In this document: positions 9,105-18,736 of the stretch, piece by piece
How positions within the stretch are numbered: position 1 is the first letter of the stretch
How the letters are laid out: the number at the start of each line of letters is the position of its first letter
Origin: Candidatus Hydrothermales bacterium
GTDB lineage: Bacteria > Hydrothermota > Hydrothermia > Hydrothermales > JAJRUZ01
Assembly (NCBI GenBank): GCA_039630575.1
Contig: JBCNUW010000005.1
Location: 1 to 64,000, forward strand
Reading direction: 5' to 3'
Length of the DNA: 64,000 nucleotides
Notes under the pieces: model-generated
What the model saw: the letters and a program-made list of their open reading frames with translations, nothing else
Told to the model about the DNA's origin: nothing
The model's database searches: none
Made by a program: the position numbers and the translations under genes

Positions 9105-10985
9105 ATGTTTTCTCTTTTTACAGATTATGATATTTATCTTTTTAAAAAGGGTTCCCATTATAAACTATATGAGAAGCTTGGTTCCCATGTAATAAAATTA
9201 AATGGTAAGTATATAACATATTTTGCTGTTTGGGCTCCAAATGCGGAAAAAGTTTATGTTGTCGGTGATTTCAATGATTGGGATCCAGAAAAAACTCCTT
9301 TATTTGTAAGATGGGATGGATCAGGAATATGGGAGACAACATTAGAAAAAGATTTAAATGGTGCATTGTATAAATATTTCATAATTTCAAAATTTAATAA
9401 TTACACAGCATACAAACAGGATCCCTATGCTTTTTATTATGAAAAACCTTTTGGTAATGCCTCTATTGTTTATAAATTAGATTACAAATGGAATGATGAG
9501 AAGTGGCTTAGGGAGAGAAAACTTATTAACCATCACGAAGCCCCAATTTCAATTTATGAAGTTCATCTTGGTTCATGGAAAAGGAAAAATGGTGAGTTTT
9601 ATAACTATAGGGAGATCGCTCCTTTGCTTTGTGATCATATTAAAAACTTAGGTTTTACACATGTTGAATTTTTACCCCTCATGGAGCATCCCTTTTATGG
9701 GTCGTGGGGTTATTTAGTTACAGGGTATTTTGCTCCTACTTCCCGTTACGGGAAACCAGAAGATCTTATGTTTTTGATTGATTATTTACATCAGAATGGT
9801 ATAGCTGTTATTTTTGATTTTGTTCCATCTCATTTCTCTAAAGATGAATTTGCACTTTCCTTTTTTGATGGAACTTGTCTTTATGAGCATTTGGATCCAA
9901 GAAAGGGCTGGCATCCTGATTGGGATAGTTTGATATTTAATTACGGAAGAAATGAAGTTAGATCCTTTTTAATTTCAAGTGCTTCTTTTTGGCTTGATAA
10001 GTATCATGTTGATGGTCTTAGAGTTGATGCTGTAGCTTCAATGCTTTACCTTGACTATTCAAGAAAGGAGGGTGAATGGATTCCAAATGTTTATGGCGGT
10101 AGGGAAAATCTTGAAGCTATAGAATTTTTGAAAGAAATGAATTCATATCTTTATCGTGAATTTGAAGGTATTCACATAATTGCAGAAGAGTCAACGGCTT
10201 GGCCTAAGGTTTCAAGAAGAGTTGATGAAGGTGGACTCGGTTTTGGAATGAAATGGAATATGGGTTGGATGCACGATACTCTTTTTTACTTTTCAAAAGA
10301 TCCAATTTATAGAAAATATCACCATGATAAATTAACATTCAGTATCTGGTATGCCTTCAGTGAAAATTTTATTTTACCTCTTTCTCATGATGAAGTAGTT
10401 CATGGGAAGGGTTCATTACTAAACAAAATGCCAGGTGATGAGTGGCAAAAATTTGCTAACCTTAGACTTTTGTACGGCTATATGTTTGCCCATCCTGGAA
10501 AAAAGCTTTTATTTATGGGAAATGAAATAGGTGTAGATAGAGAATGGAATCATGAAACAGAGATAGATTTTTCCTTACTTAATAGGAATCTTAACAAATT
10601 ACTTTTTAATTATGTAAGAAGGCTAAATGAAATTTACAGAACAGAAAAATGTTTTCATGAAACTGATTTTTATCACAACGGTTTTGAGTGGATCGATTTT
10701 GCCGATAATACTCAAAGTGTGATAAGTTTTTTAAGAAAAGACAAAAAGGGTAGCTTTATTGTTGTTGTTTTAAATTTTACACCAGTTGTTAGAGAAAAAT
10801 ATAGAATTGGAGTCCCAGAAAAAGGTAGATACTTCGAAATACTTAACAGTGACGATGTTATCTTTGGAGGAAGTGGTGTAAAAAATGGAGAAGTTTTTTC
10901 TGAGGACATTTCTTTTCATGGAAGACCCTATTCTATAAAACTTACTCTTCCTCCTCTTGGAGTCTTATATTTAAAACATGGATGA
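9105..10985 (+). CDS. glgB: 1,4-alpha-glucan branching enzyme (GH13)
   Basis: FAVWAPNA, IYEVHLGSW, SWGY, GLRVDAVASMLY, AEESTAWP, KWNMGWMHD, LSHDEVVHGKGSL. Confidence 0.97.
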   Translation: MFSLFTDYDIYLFKKGSHYKLYEKLGSHVIKLNGKYITYFAVWAPNAEKVYVVGDFNDWDPEKTPLFVRWDGSGIWETTLEKDLNGALYKYFIISKFNNYTAYKQDPYAFYYEKPFGNASIVYKLDYKWNDEKWLRERKLINHHEAPISIYEVHLGSWKRKNGEFYNYREIAPLLCDHIKNLGFTHVEFLPLMEHPFYGSWGYLVTGYFAPTSRYGKPEDLMFLIDYLHQNGIAVIFDFVPSHFSKDEFALSFFDGTCLYEHLDPRKGWHPDWDSLIFNYGRNEVRSFLISSASFWLDKYHVDGLRVDAVASMLYLDYSRKEGEWIPNVYGGRENLEAIEFLKEMNSYLYREFEGIHIIAEESTAWPKVSRRVDEGGLGFGMKWNMGWMHDTLFYFSKDPIYRKYHHDKLTFSIWYAFSENFILPLSHDEVVHGKGSLLNKMPGDEWQKFANLRLLYGYMFAHPGKKLLFMGNEIGVDREWNHETEIDFSLLNRNLNKLLFNYVRRLNEIYRTEKCFHETDFYHNGFEWIDFADNTQSVISFLRKDKKGSFIVVVLNFTPVVREKYRIGVPEKGRYFEILNSDDVIFGGSGVKNGEVFSEDISFHGRPYSIKLTLPPLGVLYLKHG

Positions 10986-12480
10986 AAAGGGAGCAGGTGT
11001 TTTACTTCCAATATTTTCTTTACCCTCTCCTTTTGGTATAGGAGATTTTGGAGGAGTTTCTTATAAATTCATAGATATATTAGAAGAAAACAAATTTAAG
11101 TATTGGCAAATTTTACCAATAACACCAGTTGAAAAGGGTTCTCTTTTTTCTCCCTATATGAGTAGTTCTGCTTTTGCCGGAAACTTTCTTTTTATCTCCC
11201 CTTATAAACTTATAAAAGAAGGCTTACTTGATAAGTCTATTTTAAAAGAAATTGGATCCTTTAAAGAAGATTATGTGGAATATGAGAAGGTATATGAATA
11301 TAAATATTATATTTTAGATATTGCCTTTAATAATTTCAAGAAGAATTTAGTTCGGTTTAAAGACTACTTTGAATTTCTAAGAGATAATGAGTATTGGCTT
11401 ACCGATTATTCACTTTTTTGTGTATTAAAAAAAGAACAAGATTTTTTGTGGTGTGATTGGGATAAAGAATTAAAGAACAGAGATGAAAGGGTTTTAGAAA
11501 AATTGAAAGAAAAGTATGAAAATGAAATAGAAAGGGAAAAATTTATTCAGTATATATTTTTCAAACAATTTTTTGAAATTAAAAATTATGCAAAAAGAAA
11601 AGGTATAAAAATTATTGGCGATTTGCCCATATATGTTTCTTTTGATAGTGCTGATGTTTGGGCTAATCCCTATATTTTTAAACTTGATAATGAAAAAAAG
11701 CCAATTTATGTAGCTGGTGTTCCACCTGATTATTTTTCAGAAGATGGACAATTGTGGGGAAATCCTGTTTATAACTGGGAGGTTTTAAAGGAACAGAATT
11801 TTGATTTTTGGATAAAAAGAATTTATCATAACTTAAAACTTTTTGATGTTATAAGAATTGATCATTTTAGAGGTTTTGTTGGGTACTATCAGATTCCCTA
11901 TGGAAGGAGTGATGCAAGGGTTGGCCACTGGGAAAAAGCCCCTGCAAAAGAATTTTTTGAATTAGTTTTTAAAAAGTTTGGAAAAATTGACCTTATTGCT
12001 GAAGATTTAGGCTACATAACTGAGGATGTAATTGAAACAATGAAAATCTTTAATATACCAGGAATGAGAGTTTTTCAATTTGGTTTTTTAAACAAAGATC
12101 TATCAAATATTCATCTTCCACATAATTATCCCTATGAATGTTGTGCCTATTCTTCTACTCATGATACAAACACTTTACTTGGTTGGCTTGAGGAAGAGAT
12201 AAAAGAAAGTGAAAAAGAGTTTCTTATAGAATATGTTGGGAGAGGTAAAAATAACATTGAGATTATTGATAGTATAAAAGACCTTTTGATTTCTTCAAAA
12301 TCGAAAATTGTTATTTTTCCTGTTCAAGATATAATTTTAATTGGAGATAAAGGAAGGATAAATAGGCCAGGTAGAAAGGAAGGTAATTGGGTTTTTAGAT
12401 TGACTGCAGAAAATTTTAAAGAATTTTCAAAAAGAATGAAAGATATGATGGAAAAGATTGTAAAATACAAAAGATATTAA
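10978..12480 (+). CDS. malQ: 4-alpha-glucanotransferase (amylomaltase, GH77)
   Basis: WQILP, GDLPIYV, GVPPDYFSEDGQLWGNP, RIDHFRGF, AEDLG, THDTNT. Confidence 0.96.
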   Translation: MDEKGAGVLLPIFSLPSPFGIGDFGGVSYKFIDILEENKFKYWQILPITPVEKGSLFSPYMSSSAFAGNFLFISPYKLIKEGLLDKSILKEIGSFKEDYVEYEKVYEYKYYILDIAFNNFKKNLVRFKDYFEFLRDNEYWLTDYSLFCVLKKEQDFLWCDWDKELKNRDERVLEKLKEKYENEIEREKFIQYIFFKQFFEIKNYAKRKGIKIIGDLPIYVSFDSADVWANPYIFKLDNEKKPIYVAGVPPDYFSEDGQLWGNPVYNWEVLKEQNFDFWIKRIYHNLKLFDVIRIDHFRGFVGYYQIPYGRSDARVGHWEKAPAKEFFELVFKKFGKIDLIAEDLGYITEDVIETMKIFNIPGMRVFQFGFLNKDLSNIHLPHNYPYECCAYSSTHDTNTLLGWLEEEIKESEKEFLIEYVGRGKNNIEIIDSIKDLLISSKSKIVIFPVQDIILIGDKGRINRPGRKEGNWVFRLTAENFKEFSKRMKDMMEKIVKYKRY

Positions 12481-12579
12481 AGAAGCCTTTAATTTTTGAA
12501 AAGTTTTTTTAGTTTTACATAGAATTAAATTTTAATCAAATGGTTCAACTCCAAATGTAAAAATTAAAGAATTTAAGTT

Positions 12580-14136
12580 GTGAAATTACCAATTCTATCA
12601 ATTATAATTTTTTCACCCTTTATTGGAGCTTTTTTGATGTTATTTTTGAGAAGAAGACCTTTACTTGTCAGAATAACAGCCAGTATCTTCTCTGGTATTT
12701 CTCTTTTGGGTTCCATTCTACTTTTTTTCCTTTATGATTTTGGAAAAGGTGGTTTTCAGTTTGTTGAGAAAGTGCCAATTGTTCCTGCTTTAGGAATAAA
12801 TTATTATCTTGGAGCTGATGGTATATCACTTTCTCTTTTACTTTTGACTGGTCTAATTATATTTACAGGAACTTTTGCATCCTGGACAATTCCTTTTAGG
12901 TCTCAGGAATTTTATATTTTACTCTTTGTTTTGGTAACTGGTGTTTTTGGTGTTTTTTCTTGTCTTGATTTTTTTATATTTTTCCTTTTTTATGAGATCG
13001 CTGTTTTACCTATGTATTTACTTATTGGAGTATGGGGAACTGGAGCTGATTTAAAGCCCAAAATTCCTCCTAACAGAGTAATTGAGTATATAATGAGACC
13101 TATTGATACAGCAATGAGGAATGTTGAGCTGGGAACCAAAGAGTACGCAGCTGCAAAACTTACACTTTATCTTCTTCTTGGATCAGCTTTTATACTTGTT
13201 GGAATGCTTGTTTTGTACTTTAATGGAGGAAAAACTTTTTCATATACCGATTTGAGTTTAGTTAGTTATCCTCTTCATCTTCAAAGAATTCTTTTTTTAA
13301 CTTTTTATATAGGATTTGGGGTTCTTGCTGGTGTTTTTCCTCTCCATACATGGTCACCTGATGGGCATGCAGCTGCCCCCACAGCAGTTTCGATGCTACA
13401 TGCTGGAGTTTTGATGAAGCTTGGTGCGTATGGTGCTATGAGGTGGGGATGGGGACTTTTTCCTCAAGGAGCATCTGATTTTGTTTGGCTTGTAGGATTA
13501 ATCGCCTGTATAAATATCGTTTATGGTGCTTTTTCAGCAATGAACCAGTTTGATTTGAAATATATAGTTGCCTATTCTTCTGTTTCACATATGGGTTATG
13601 TTATGTTAGGACTTGCAACTTTAGATGAGTGGGGTGTAAACGGTGCAGTTTTTCAAATGTTTTCTCACGGAATTATGACCGGTCTTTTATTTGCCTTAGT
13701 AGGGCTTGTTTATGAAAAGTCTCACACAAGAGATATTTTAAAGATGGGCGGGTTTGGGAAAAAAATGCCAGGTATTGCTTCAGCTTTTACCATAGCAGGT
13801 CTCACATCTCTTGGACTTCCTGGTCTATCAGGATTTGTTGCTGAAGTTCTTGTTTTTATAGGTGCTGTAAGATCGGGTAATTTCCCTTGGTTCTTGGCGG
13901 CAATCACAGGTACATTTATAACAGCAGTATATGTTTTAAGATTTTTAAAAATTGTCTTTTATGGACCCTTTAAAGAGGAACTTTGGCATGATATTTCTGA
14001 TGCTAAGGGTCCGGAATGGGTAAGTTTATATATACTTTCTCTTACTTTAATACTTTTTGGAATGTTTCCTTTCTTACTTGTTAAGTATATTGATTTAAGT
14101 GTTATTGAATTTTTATCAAAGTTTGGAGGAGGGTAA
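12580..14136 (+). CDS. nuoM: NADH-quinone oxidoreductase subunit M (antiporter-like)
   Basis: Multi-TM; FFLFYE, FPLHTWSPDGHAAAPT, AGVLMKLGAYG, AYSSVSHMG, QMFSHG, SLGLPGLSGFVAE. Confidence 0.93.
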   Translation: MKLPILSIIIFSPFIGAFLMLFLRRRPLLVRITASIFSGISLLGSILLFFLYDFGKGGFQFVEKVPIVPALGINYYLGADGISLSLLLLTGLIIFTGTFASWTIPFRSQEFYILLFVLVTGVFGVFSCLDFFIFFLFYEIAVLPMYLLIGVWGTGADLKPKIPPNRVIEYIMRPIDTAMRNVELGTKEYAAAKLTLYLLLGSAFILVGMLVLYFNGGKTFSYTDLSLVSYPLHLQRILFLTFYIGFGVLAGVFPLHTWSPDGHAAAPTAVSMLHAGVLMKLGAYGAMRWGWGLFPQGASDFVWLVGLIACINIVYGAFSAMNQFDLKYIVAYSSVSHMGYVMLGLATLDEWGVNGAVFQMFSHGIMTGLLFALVGLVYEKSHTRDILKMGGFGKKMPGIASAFTIAGLTSLGLPGLSGFVAEVLVFIGAVRSGNFPWFLAAITGTFITAVYVLRFLKIVFYGPFKEELWHDISDAKGPEWVSLYILSLTLILFGMFPFLLVKYIDLSVIEFLSKFGGG

Positions 14137-14137
14137 A

Positions 14138-15556
14138 ATGATTAAAACATTCATTTTTGAATTTTTTATTTTAATTTTAATATTTTTTAATTTTTTTCTT
14201 GATTTTTTCCTTCCGGAGAGCAAAAAGGGTAAAATTTTGGGTTTTTTAAACTCGGGATTTCTTACTATAGGACTTTTTTCTTTTTTAATATTTAAAAATT
14301 TTATTGGGAACTCTTTAGGAGATATATATCTTGATGAATTTTCTTTTTCACTTAAGCTTCTATTCTTCTTAGCTGGACTTATCGGTATCTTAGGTAGTAT
14401 TCACTTTGTTGAAGAGGAACTCAAAGAAAGAAAAACTGAATATTATCTTTTTATCTTAACTTCAATCTTGGGGATGTCTCTACTTGTATCTTCCAAGAAT
14501 TTCCTTTTATTTTTTGTAAGTTTTGAGCTTATGAGTATTCCCCTTTACATCTTGTCAGCTATAAAGAAGTATGATAGGCTTGCTCCTGAAGTTGCGGTTA
14601 AGTTTTTTGTGATTGGGGCTTTTTCAGCTGGTCTTATGTTTTTCGGAATTTCGCTTATTTATGGTGCTACAGGTAGCCTTGATTATGTGAAAATTAAGGA
14701 AGCTTCCTATGGTATTTCACCTCTTTTTGCAGTTGGACTTGTTTTTTTAATAGCGGGAATTGGATTTAAAATTGCAAGTTTCCCCTTTCATTCTTGGGTG
14801 CCTGATACCTATGAAGGAGCACCTGAAACTTTTGTAGCCTTTTTATCGGTTGCGCCAAAGGCTGCAGGTTTAGGAGCTTTATTTAGAATAATTTTTGAGG
14901 TTTTACCTCAAGGAACAAATGACTTTTTACTTTTAATTGTTATTCTTTCCTTCTTTTCTATGTTTATAGGAAATCTTTTAGCTTTACCTCAAAAAAATTT
15001 AAAAAGGATGCTCGCTTATTCGAGTATTGCTCATATTGGTTATATTCTTGTCGGAGTTGCAGCAGGAACAAAGGAAGGTATTAGTATGGTTATTTTTTAT
15101 CTTTTTACCTACCTTTTTTCCAATATGGGTGCCTTTCTTTTTGTTGAGGCAATCAGGGGAGTTATAAGGAAAACAGATATAGATGATTTAAAAGGTCTTT
15201 CTCAAAAAGCACCAATTTTATCTCTTTCTATGCTTATAATTCTTTTATCTTTAGGTGGAATTCCACCGGTTGCAGGTTTTTGGGCTAAACTATATGTTTT
15301 TCTTGCGGGAGTTCATGCAGGTTTGTGGTATCTTGCTTTATGGGGTGCAATTCTTACTATTGTAGCTCTTTTTTATTATTTGATGGTTGCTAAAAGAATT
15401 TATATCGAAAGTTCTGACTATGAGTTTAAAACAAAAATGCCCTTTGGGCTTAAACTTTCTATGATAATTTGTGTTTTTGGGGTCTTATTTTTGGGATTTT
15501 ACCCCAAATTACTTGTTGATTTTTCTTACTTTGCATCTAATTCTTTTTTACCATAG
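14138..15556 (+). CDS. nuoN: NADH-quinone oxidoreductase subunit N
   Basis: FVSFELMSIPLYIL, FKIASFPFHSWVPDTYEGAP, KRMLAYSSIAHIGY, SLGGIPPVAGFWAK. Start moved to ATG 14138 (GGAGG upstream, 1 nt after the nuoM stop). Confidence 0.93.
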   Translation: MIKTFIFEFFILILIFFNFFLDFFLPESKKGKILGFLNSGFLTIGLFSFLIFKNFIGNSLGDIYLDEFSFSLKLLFFLAGLIGILGSIHFVEEELKERKTEYYLFILTSILGMSLLVSSKNFLLFFVSFELMSIPLYILSAIKKYDRLAPEVAVKFFVIGAFSAGLMFFGISLIYGATGSLDYVKIKEASYGISPLFAVGLVFLIAGIGFKIASFPFHSWVPDTYEGAPETFVAFLSVAPKAAGLGALFRIIFEVLPQGTNDFLLLIVILSFFSMFIGNLLALPQKNLKRMLAYSSIAHIGYILVGVAAGTKEGISMVIFYLFTYLFSNMGAFLFVEAIRGVIRKTDIDDLKGLSQKAPILSLSMLIILLSLGGIPPVAGFWAKLYVFLAGVHAGLWYLALWGAILTIVALFYYLMVAKRIYIESSDYEFKTKMPFGLKLSMIICVFGVLFLGFYPKLLVDFSYFASNSFLP

Positions 15557-15574
15557 TAAAAAGAGGTTTTTGAA

Positions 15575-16606
15575 ATGAAAGCCATAGCAAAAACTAAAGA
15601 AAATTTTGGTTTTGAAATTATTGATACAAAAGAGCCAACTCCTGGAAAAGATGAAGTTATTTTAAAAGTAAAACGATGTTCTATCTGTGGAACAGATCTA
15701 CACATTTATAAATGGGATGAATGGATAAGAAAAACTATGAAACTTCCAAAAATTGTTGGACACGAGGTATGCGGTGAGATAGTTGAAGTTGGTAAAGAAG
15801 TTAAAAAATTTAAGAATGGTGATATAGTATCGGTGGAATCACATTTTGTATGTCACAGCTGTCCTGCCTGTAGGAAAGGAAACTATAGAGTTTGTTATAA
15901 TACAAAAATTCTTGGAATTGATATTGATGGAGCTTACGCAGAGTATGTGAAAGTTCCTGCATTCAATTTATGGAAAAACGAGATAGATTTACCTGAAGAG
16001 GTTTTATCTCTCAAAGAGCCTTTTGGAAACGCTGTTGATACAGTGTTAACAGAGGATGTATCTGGAAAAAGCGTTTTAATTTTAGGGTCTGGTCCCCTGG
16101 GTATGATGGCTATACTTATCTCAAAGCATTGTGGTGCTTACCCTGTATTCGTTACAGAAGTTAAAGATTACAGGATTAAAAAATCAAAGGAACTTGGAGC
16201 TGATTATGTAATAAATCCCTTAAAAGAGAACCTATATGAATTTATTAAAGATCATACAAAAGGAGAGGGTGTAGATGTTCTTATTGAAATGTCAGGAAAT
16301 CAAAATGCACTTGAGGAGGGTTTAAGGTGTCTTTCACCTGATGGAAGAGCTTCTCTTTTAGGAATTTTTGAGGGTAGTGTTAATTTAGATTTTAATAAAC
16401 TGATAGTTCTTAAAAATATAAGAATTTACGGAATAACAGGAAGAGGCATGTTTTCAACTTGGTTTAAAGTAGATAGGCTTTTAAATTCAGGTCTTGATTT
16501 AAGAAGAGTAATAACTCATACATTCAAAATGGAGGAAATAGACGAAGCTATGAAATTGATGGGAAAAGGTGAATGTGGAAAGATTTCGCTATTACCTTTC
16601 AGTTAG
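15575..16606 (+). CDS. tdh: L-threonine 3-dehydrogenase
   Basis: ICGTDLHIYKWDEW, GHE, structural Zn CxxCxxC..C, EPFGNAV, GITGRGMFSTW. Confidence 0.9.
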   Translation: MKAIAKTKENFGFEIIDTKEPTPGKDEVILKVKRCSICGTDLHIYKWDEWIRKTMKLPKIVGHEVCGEIVEVGKEVKKFKNGDIVSVESHFVCHSCPACRKGNYRVCYNTKILGIDIDGAYAEYVKVPAFNLWKNEIDLPEEVLSLKEPFGNAVDTVLTEDVSGKSVLILGSGPLGMMAILISKHCGAYPVFVTEVKDYRIKKSKELGADYVINPLKENLYEFIKDHTKGEGVDVLIEMSGNQNALEEGLRCLSPDGRASLLGIFEGSVNLDFNKLIVLKNIRIYGITGRGMFSTWFKVDRLLNSGLDLRRVITHTFKMEEIDEAMKLMGKGECGKISLLPFS

Positions 16607-17954
16607 AGAGAAAATAAAATTTTTTGAGGGTTTTTTCCCAAACTATAAACTTTCTTTTCTATATTTCACATTAATTATATTTTTAAAGAGTCTATTACAT
16701 TTACTTTTTGGTGGCTCATTTCCTATTAGAAAAAATTTTTATGAATTTTTATTTTTTATTTACTATTTACTTTTTTTTTACTCATCTTTGTTATTGAGTT
16801 TTCTAATTTTTTTTAAGTTAGTTACAGGTAAAAGGACAAAGAAAGTAATATCTTTTTATATCTCTTTATTTACACTTATGCTTATTTCTCCATTAATAGA
16901 TCTTATTTTTTTTTCGAGCAAGCCATTTGAAAGTATTCGTTTTAAAAATTTCCTATTAGATTTTTCGTCTCTTTCAATGGGAACAAAGTTAGAGATCTTA
17001 TTATTTTCTCTTTCCGGTTTTTTATACTCAATTTCCTATAAAAGATTTTACAAATCGATACTTACTTTTATATTTAACCTTTTTATTTATATATCTTTGA
17101 TTTTTTTGCCTTTCCTAATAATAGGAGAAAAAAATTTGTTTTTAAGTGATTATTTTACTTTTTTTTATCAGAAGTTGGCACTTTTTTATATTTTTTTATT
17201 TCTTTTTCTTCTATTTCTCTTTTTTCTTTTTTTCAGATTTCGTGAGATTAAAGTATTGATAGATTTTTTAAACTACGATTTTCTTTTTATAAACCTTTTT
17301 TTGCCTTTTATGGGTTTCTGGATCAGTTTTAAGTCTTTTTATAAGGATTCAATCTCATTTTTTGAACCTCTTTTTAATAGATTTGTTCCCTTTTTCATTC
17401 TGATTCCTCCTTTGTGTTACTCTTTTACAAAATTTCTTTTCAAAAACAAGAAGGAAATTTACTTATTATTTTTAATTATTTCATTAGTTTCTTCTTCTAT
17501 TTTTTCACTTTACCACTTAATTTTTCTTTTCTTTTTATATTTTATCTATTTTCTAAACAGGTTATCAGTAAGGAGTTTGAAATTAAGGCCCTTGGAGATT
17601 TCAATCGAATCAGGTTTTCTTCTTCTTTTTGGCTACTCAGTATTTCAGTATGAAAGTTTATTTAATTTTCTTGATATGCCTTTAATTTTATTTATTTTTA
17701 TATTTTTTCTATTTTATGGAATATCGAGATATTTTTTAATAAAAAGGAAAAAAATTCATGGTTATTTATTTTTTTTAGTAGGAATTATTTTTCTTCCCTT
17801 TTTGGGTTTTTCAAGCATTTTTTATTATTTTATATTCATGATAACTTTAATTTTTTTAGCTCTATTTTATTTTTTAGGTGCACCATCTCTTAAAACATTA
17901 AACCTAATTACATACTTTTTCATTATTTCTTTTTTTATCATGTATGTAGTTTAA
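16569..17954 (+). CDS. Hypothetical integral membrane protein
   Basis: 461-aa Phe/Leu/Ile-rich ORF with more than 10 hydrophobic segments; start uncertain (GTG 16569 or 16575). Confidence 0.7.
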   Translation: MNVERFRYYLSVREKIKFFEGFFPNYKLSFLYFTLIIFLKSLLHLLFGGSFPIRKNFYEFLFFIYYLLFFYSSLLLSFLIFFKLVTGKRTKKVISFYISLFTLMLISPLIDLIFFSSKPFESIRFKNFLLDFSSLSMGTKLEILLFSLSGFLYSISYKRFYKSILTFIFNLFIYISLIFLPFLIIGEKNLFLSDYFTFFYQKLALFYIFLFLFLLFLFFLFFRFREIKVLIDFLNYDFLFINLFLPFMGFWISFKSFYKDSISFFEPLFNRFVPFFILIPPLCYSFTKFLFKNKKEIYLLFLIISLVSSSIFSLYHLIFLFFLYFIYFLNRLSVRSLKLRPLEISIESGFLLLFGYSVFQYESLFNFLDMPLILFIFIFFLFYGISRYFLIKRKKIHGYLFFLVGIIFLPFLGFSSIFYYFIFMITLIFLALFYFLGAPSLKTLNLITYFFIISFFIMYVV

Positions 17955-18292
17955 ATTTAAATTTTTTAAAGAAATATAAAAAAAAGATATTTTTGTGAGA
18001 CTAATAGAAATTATAATTTTTTTGTGCTTAAAAGGGTACTTTTAAAGAGAAAAAGGAAGTATTTAGAAATTGTTGAATATACCAAAGTGGTATAGTTAGG
18101 GATTTTAATTTTATGAAGGTGCCTATTTATAGTGATTTGACGCTTTTTTATTCTGGTAAATTTTGTTACTAAGGTATAACATACAAAATTTGCACCAATT
18201 CCCCAAAATTTTTTCTAATTTAATTTTTTTAAAGTATATTGAGATCATAAATTAATTTGCAATTTTTTAAATTTTTCCTAAATAATTAAAAG

Positions 18293-18736
18293 ATGAATTT
18301 TATACTTTTTCTTTCTGTTTTTTTTAATTCTTGTGCATTGTGGAATTCTATTAGACCAAGAACTTATCCACCAAGAGTTATTGATGGAAGCACACTTCCT
18401 GAGGAGATAAGAAATAAAATCAGGGAAAATCAAAGATTCGTTATATTTGAGCTTTATTCACCATCCGCAAAGTATGTAACCCTTGCTGGGGATTTTAACA
18501 GCTGGGGGGGAACAGCGAATGGGGTTTATAACCCTGAAATCGACAGAATGAATGATGATGGTATAAATGGGGATAGGGTAAAAGGGGATGGTATTTGGAC
18601 AATTGTTAAAATACTTAATCCAGGAGTTTATCAATACAAATATGTTATTGATGGAGTCAACTGGATTCTTGATCCTTCGAACCCAGAAAAAATTCAAAAT
18701 GGTCCCTACTTAAACTCATTATTACGTGTAAAATGA
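18293..18736 (+). CDS. Putative lipoprotein with CBM48/AMPK-beta-like glycogen-binding domain
   Basis: Lipobox-like FFNSC; PSAKYVTLAGDFNSW...GIWTIVKILNPGVYQYKYVIDGVNWILDPSNP. Confidence 0.85.
   Translation: MNFILFLSVFFNSCALWNSIRPRTYPPRVIDGSTLPEEIRNKIRENQRFVIFELYSPSAKYVTLAGDFNSWGGTANGVYNPEIDRMNDDGINGDRVKGDGIWTIVKILNPGVYQYKYVIDGVNWILDPSNPEKIQNGPYLNSLLRVK

Noticed and set aside
16569..17954. UbiA prenyltransferase assignment for the membrane protein
   Set aside because: Only a faint RSLKLRP resemblance; the Asp-rich catalytic motifs are absent.
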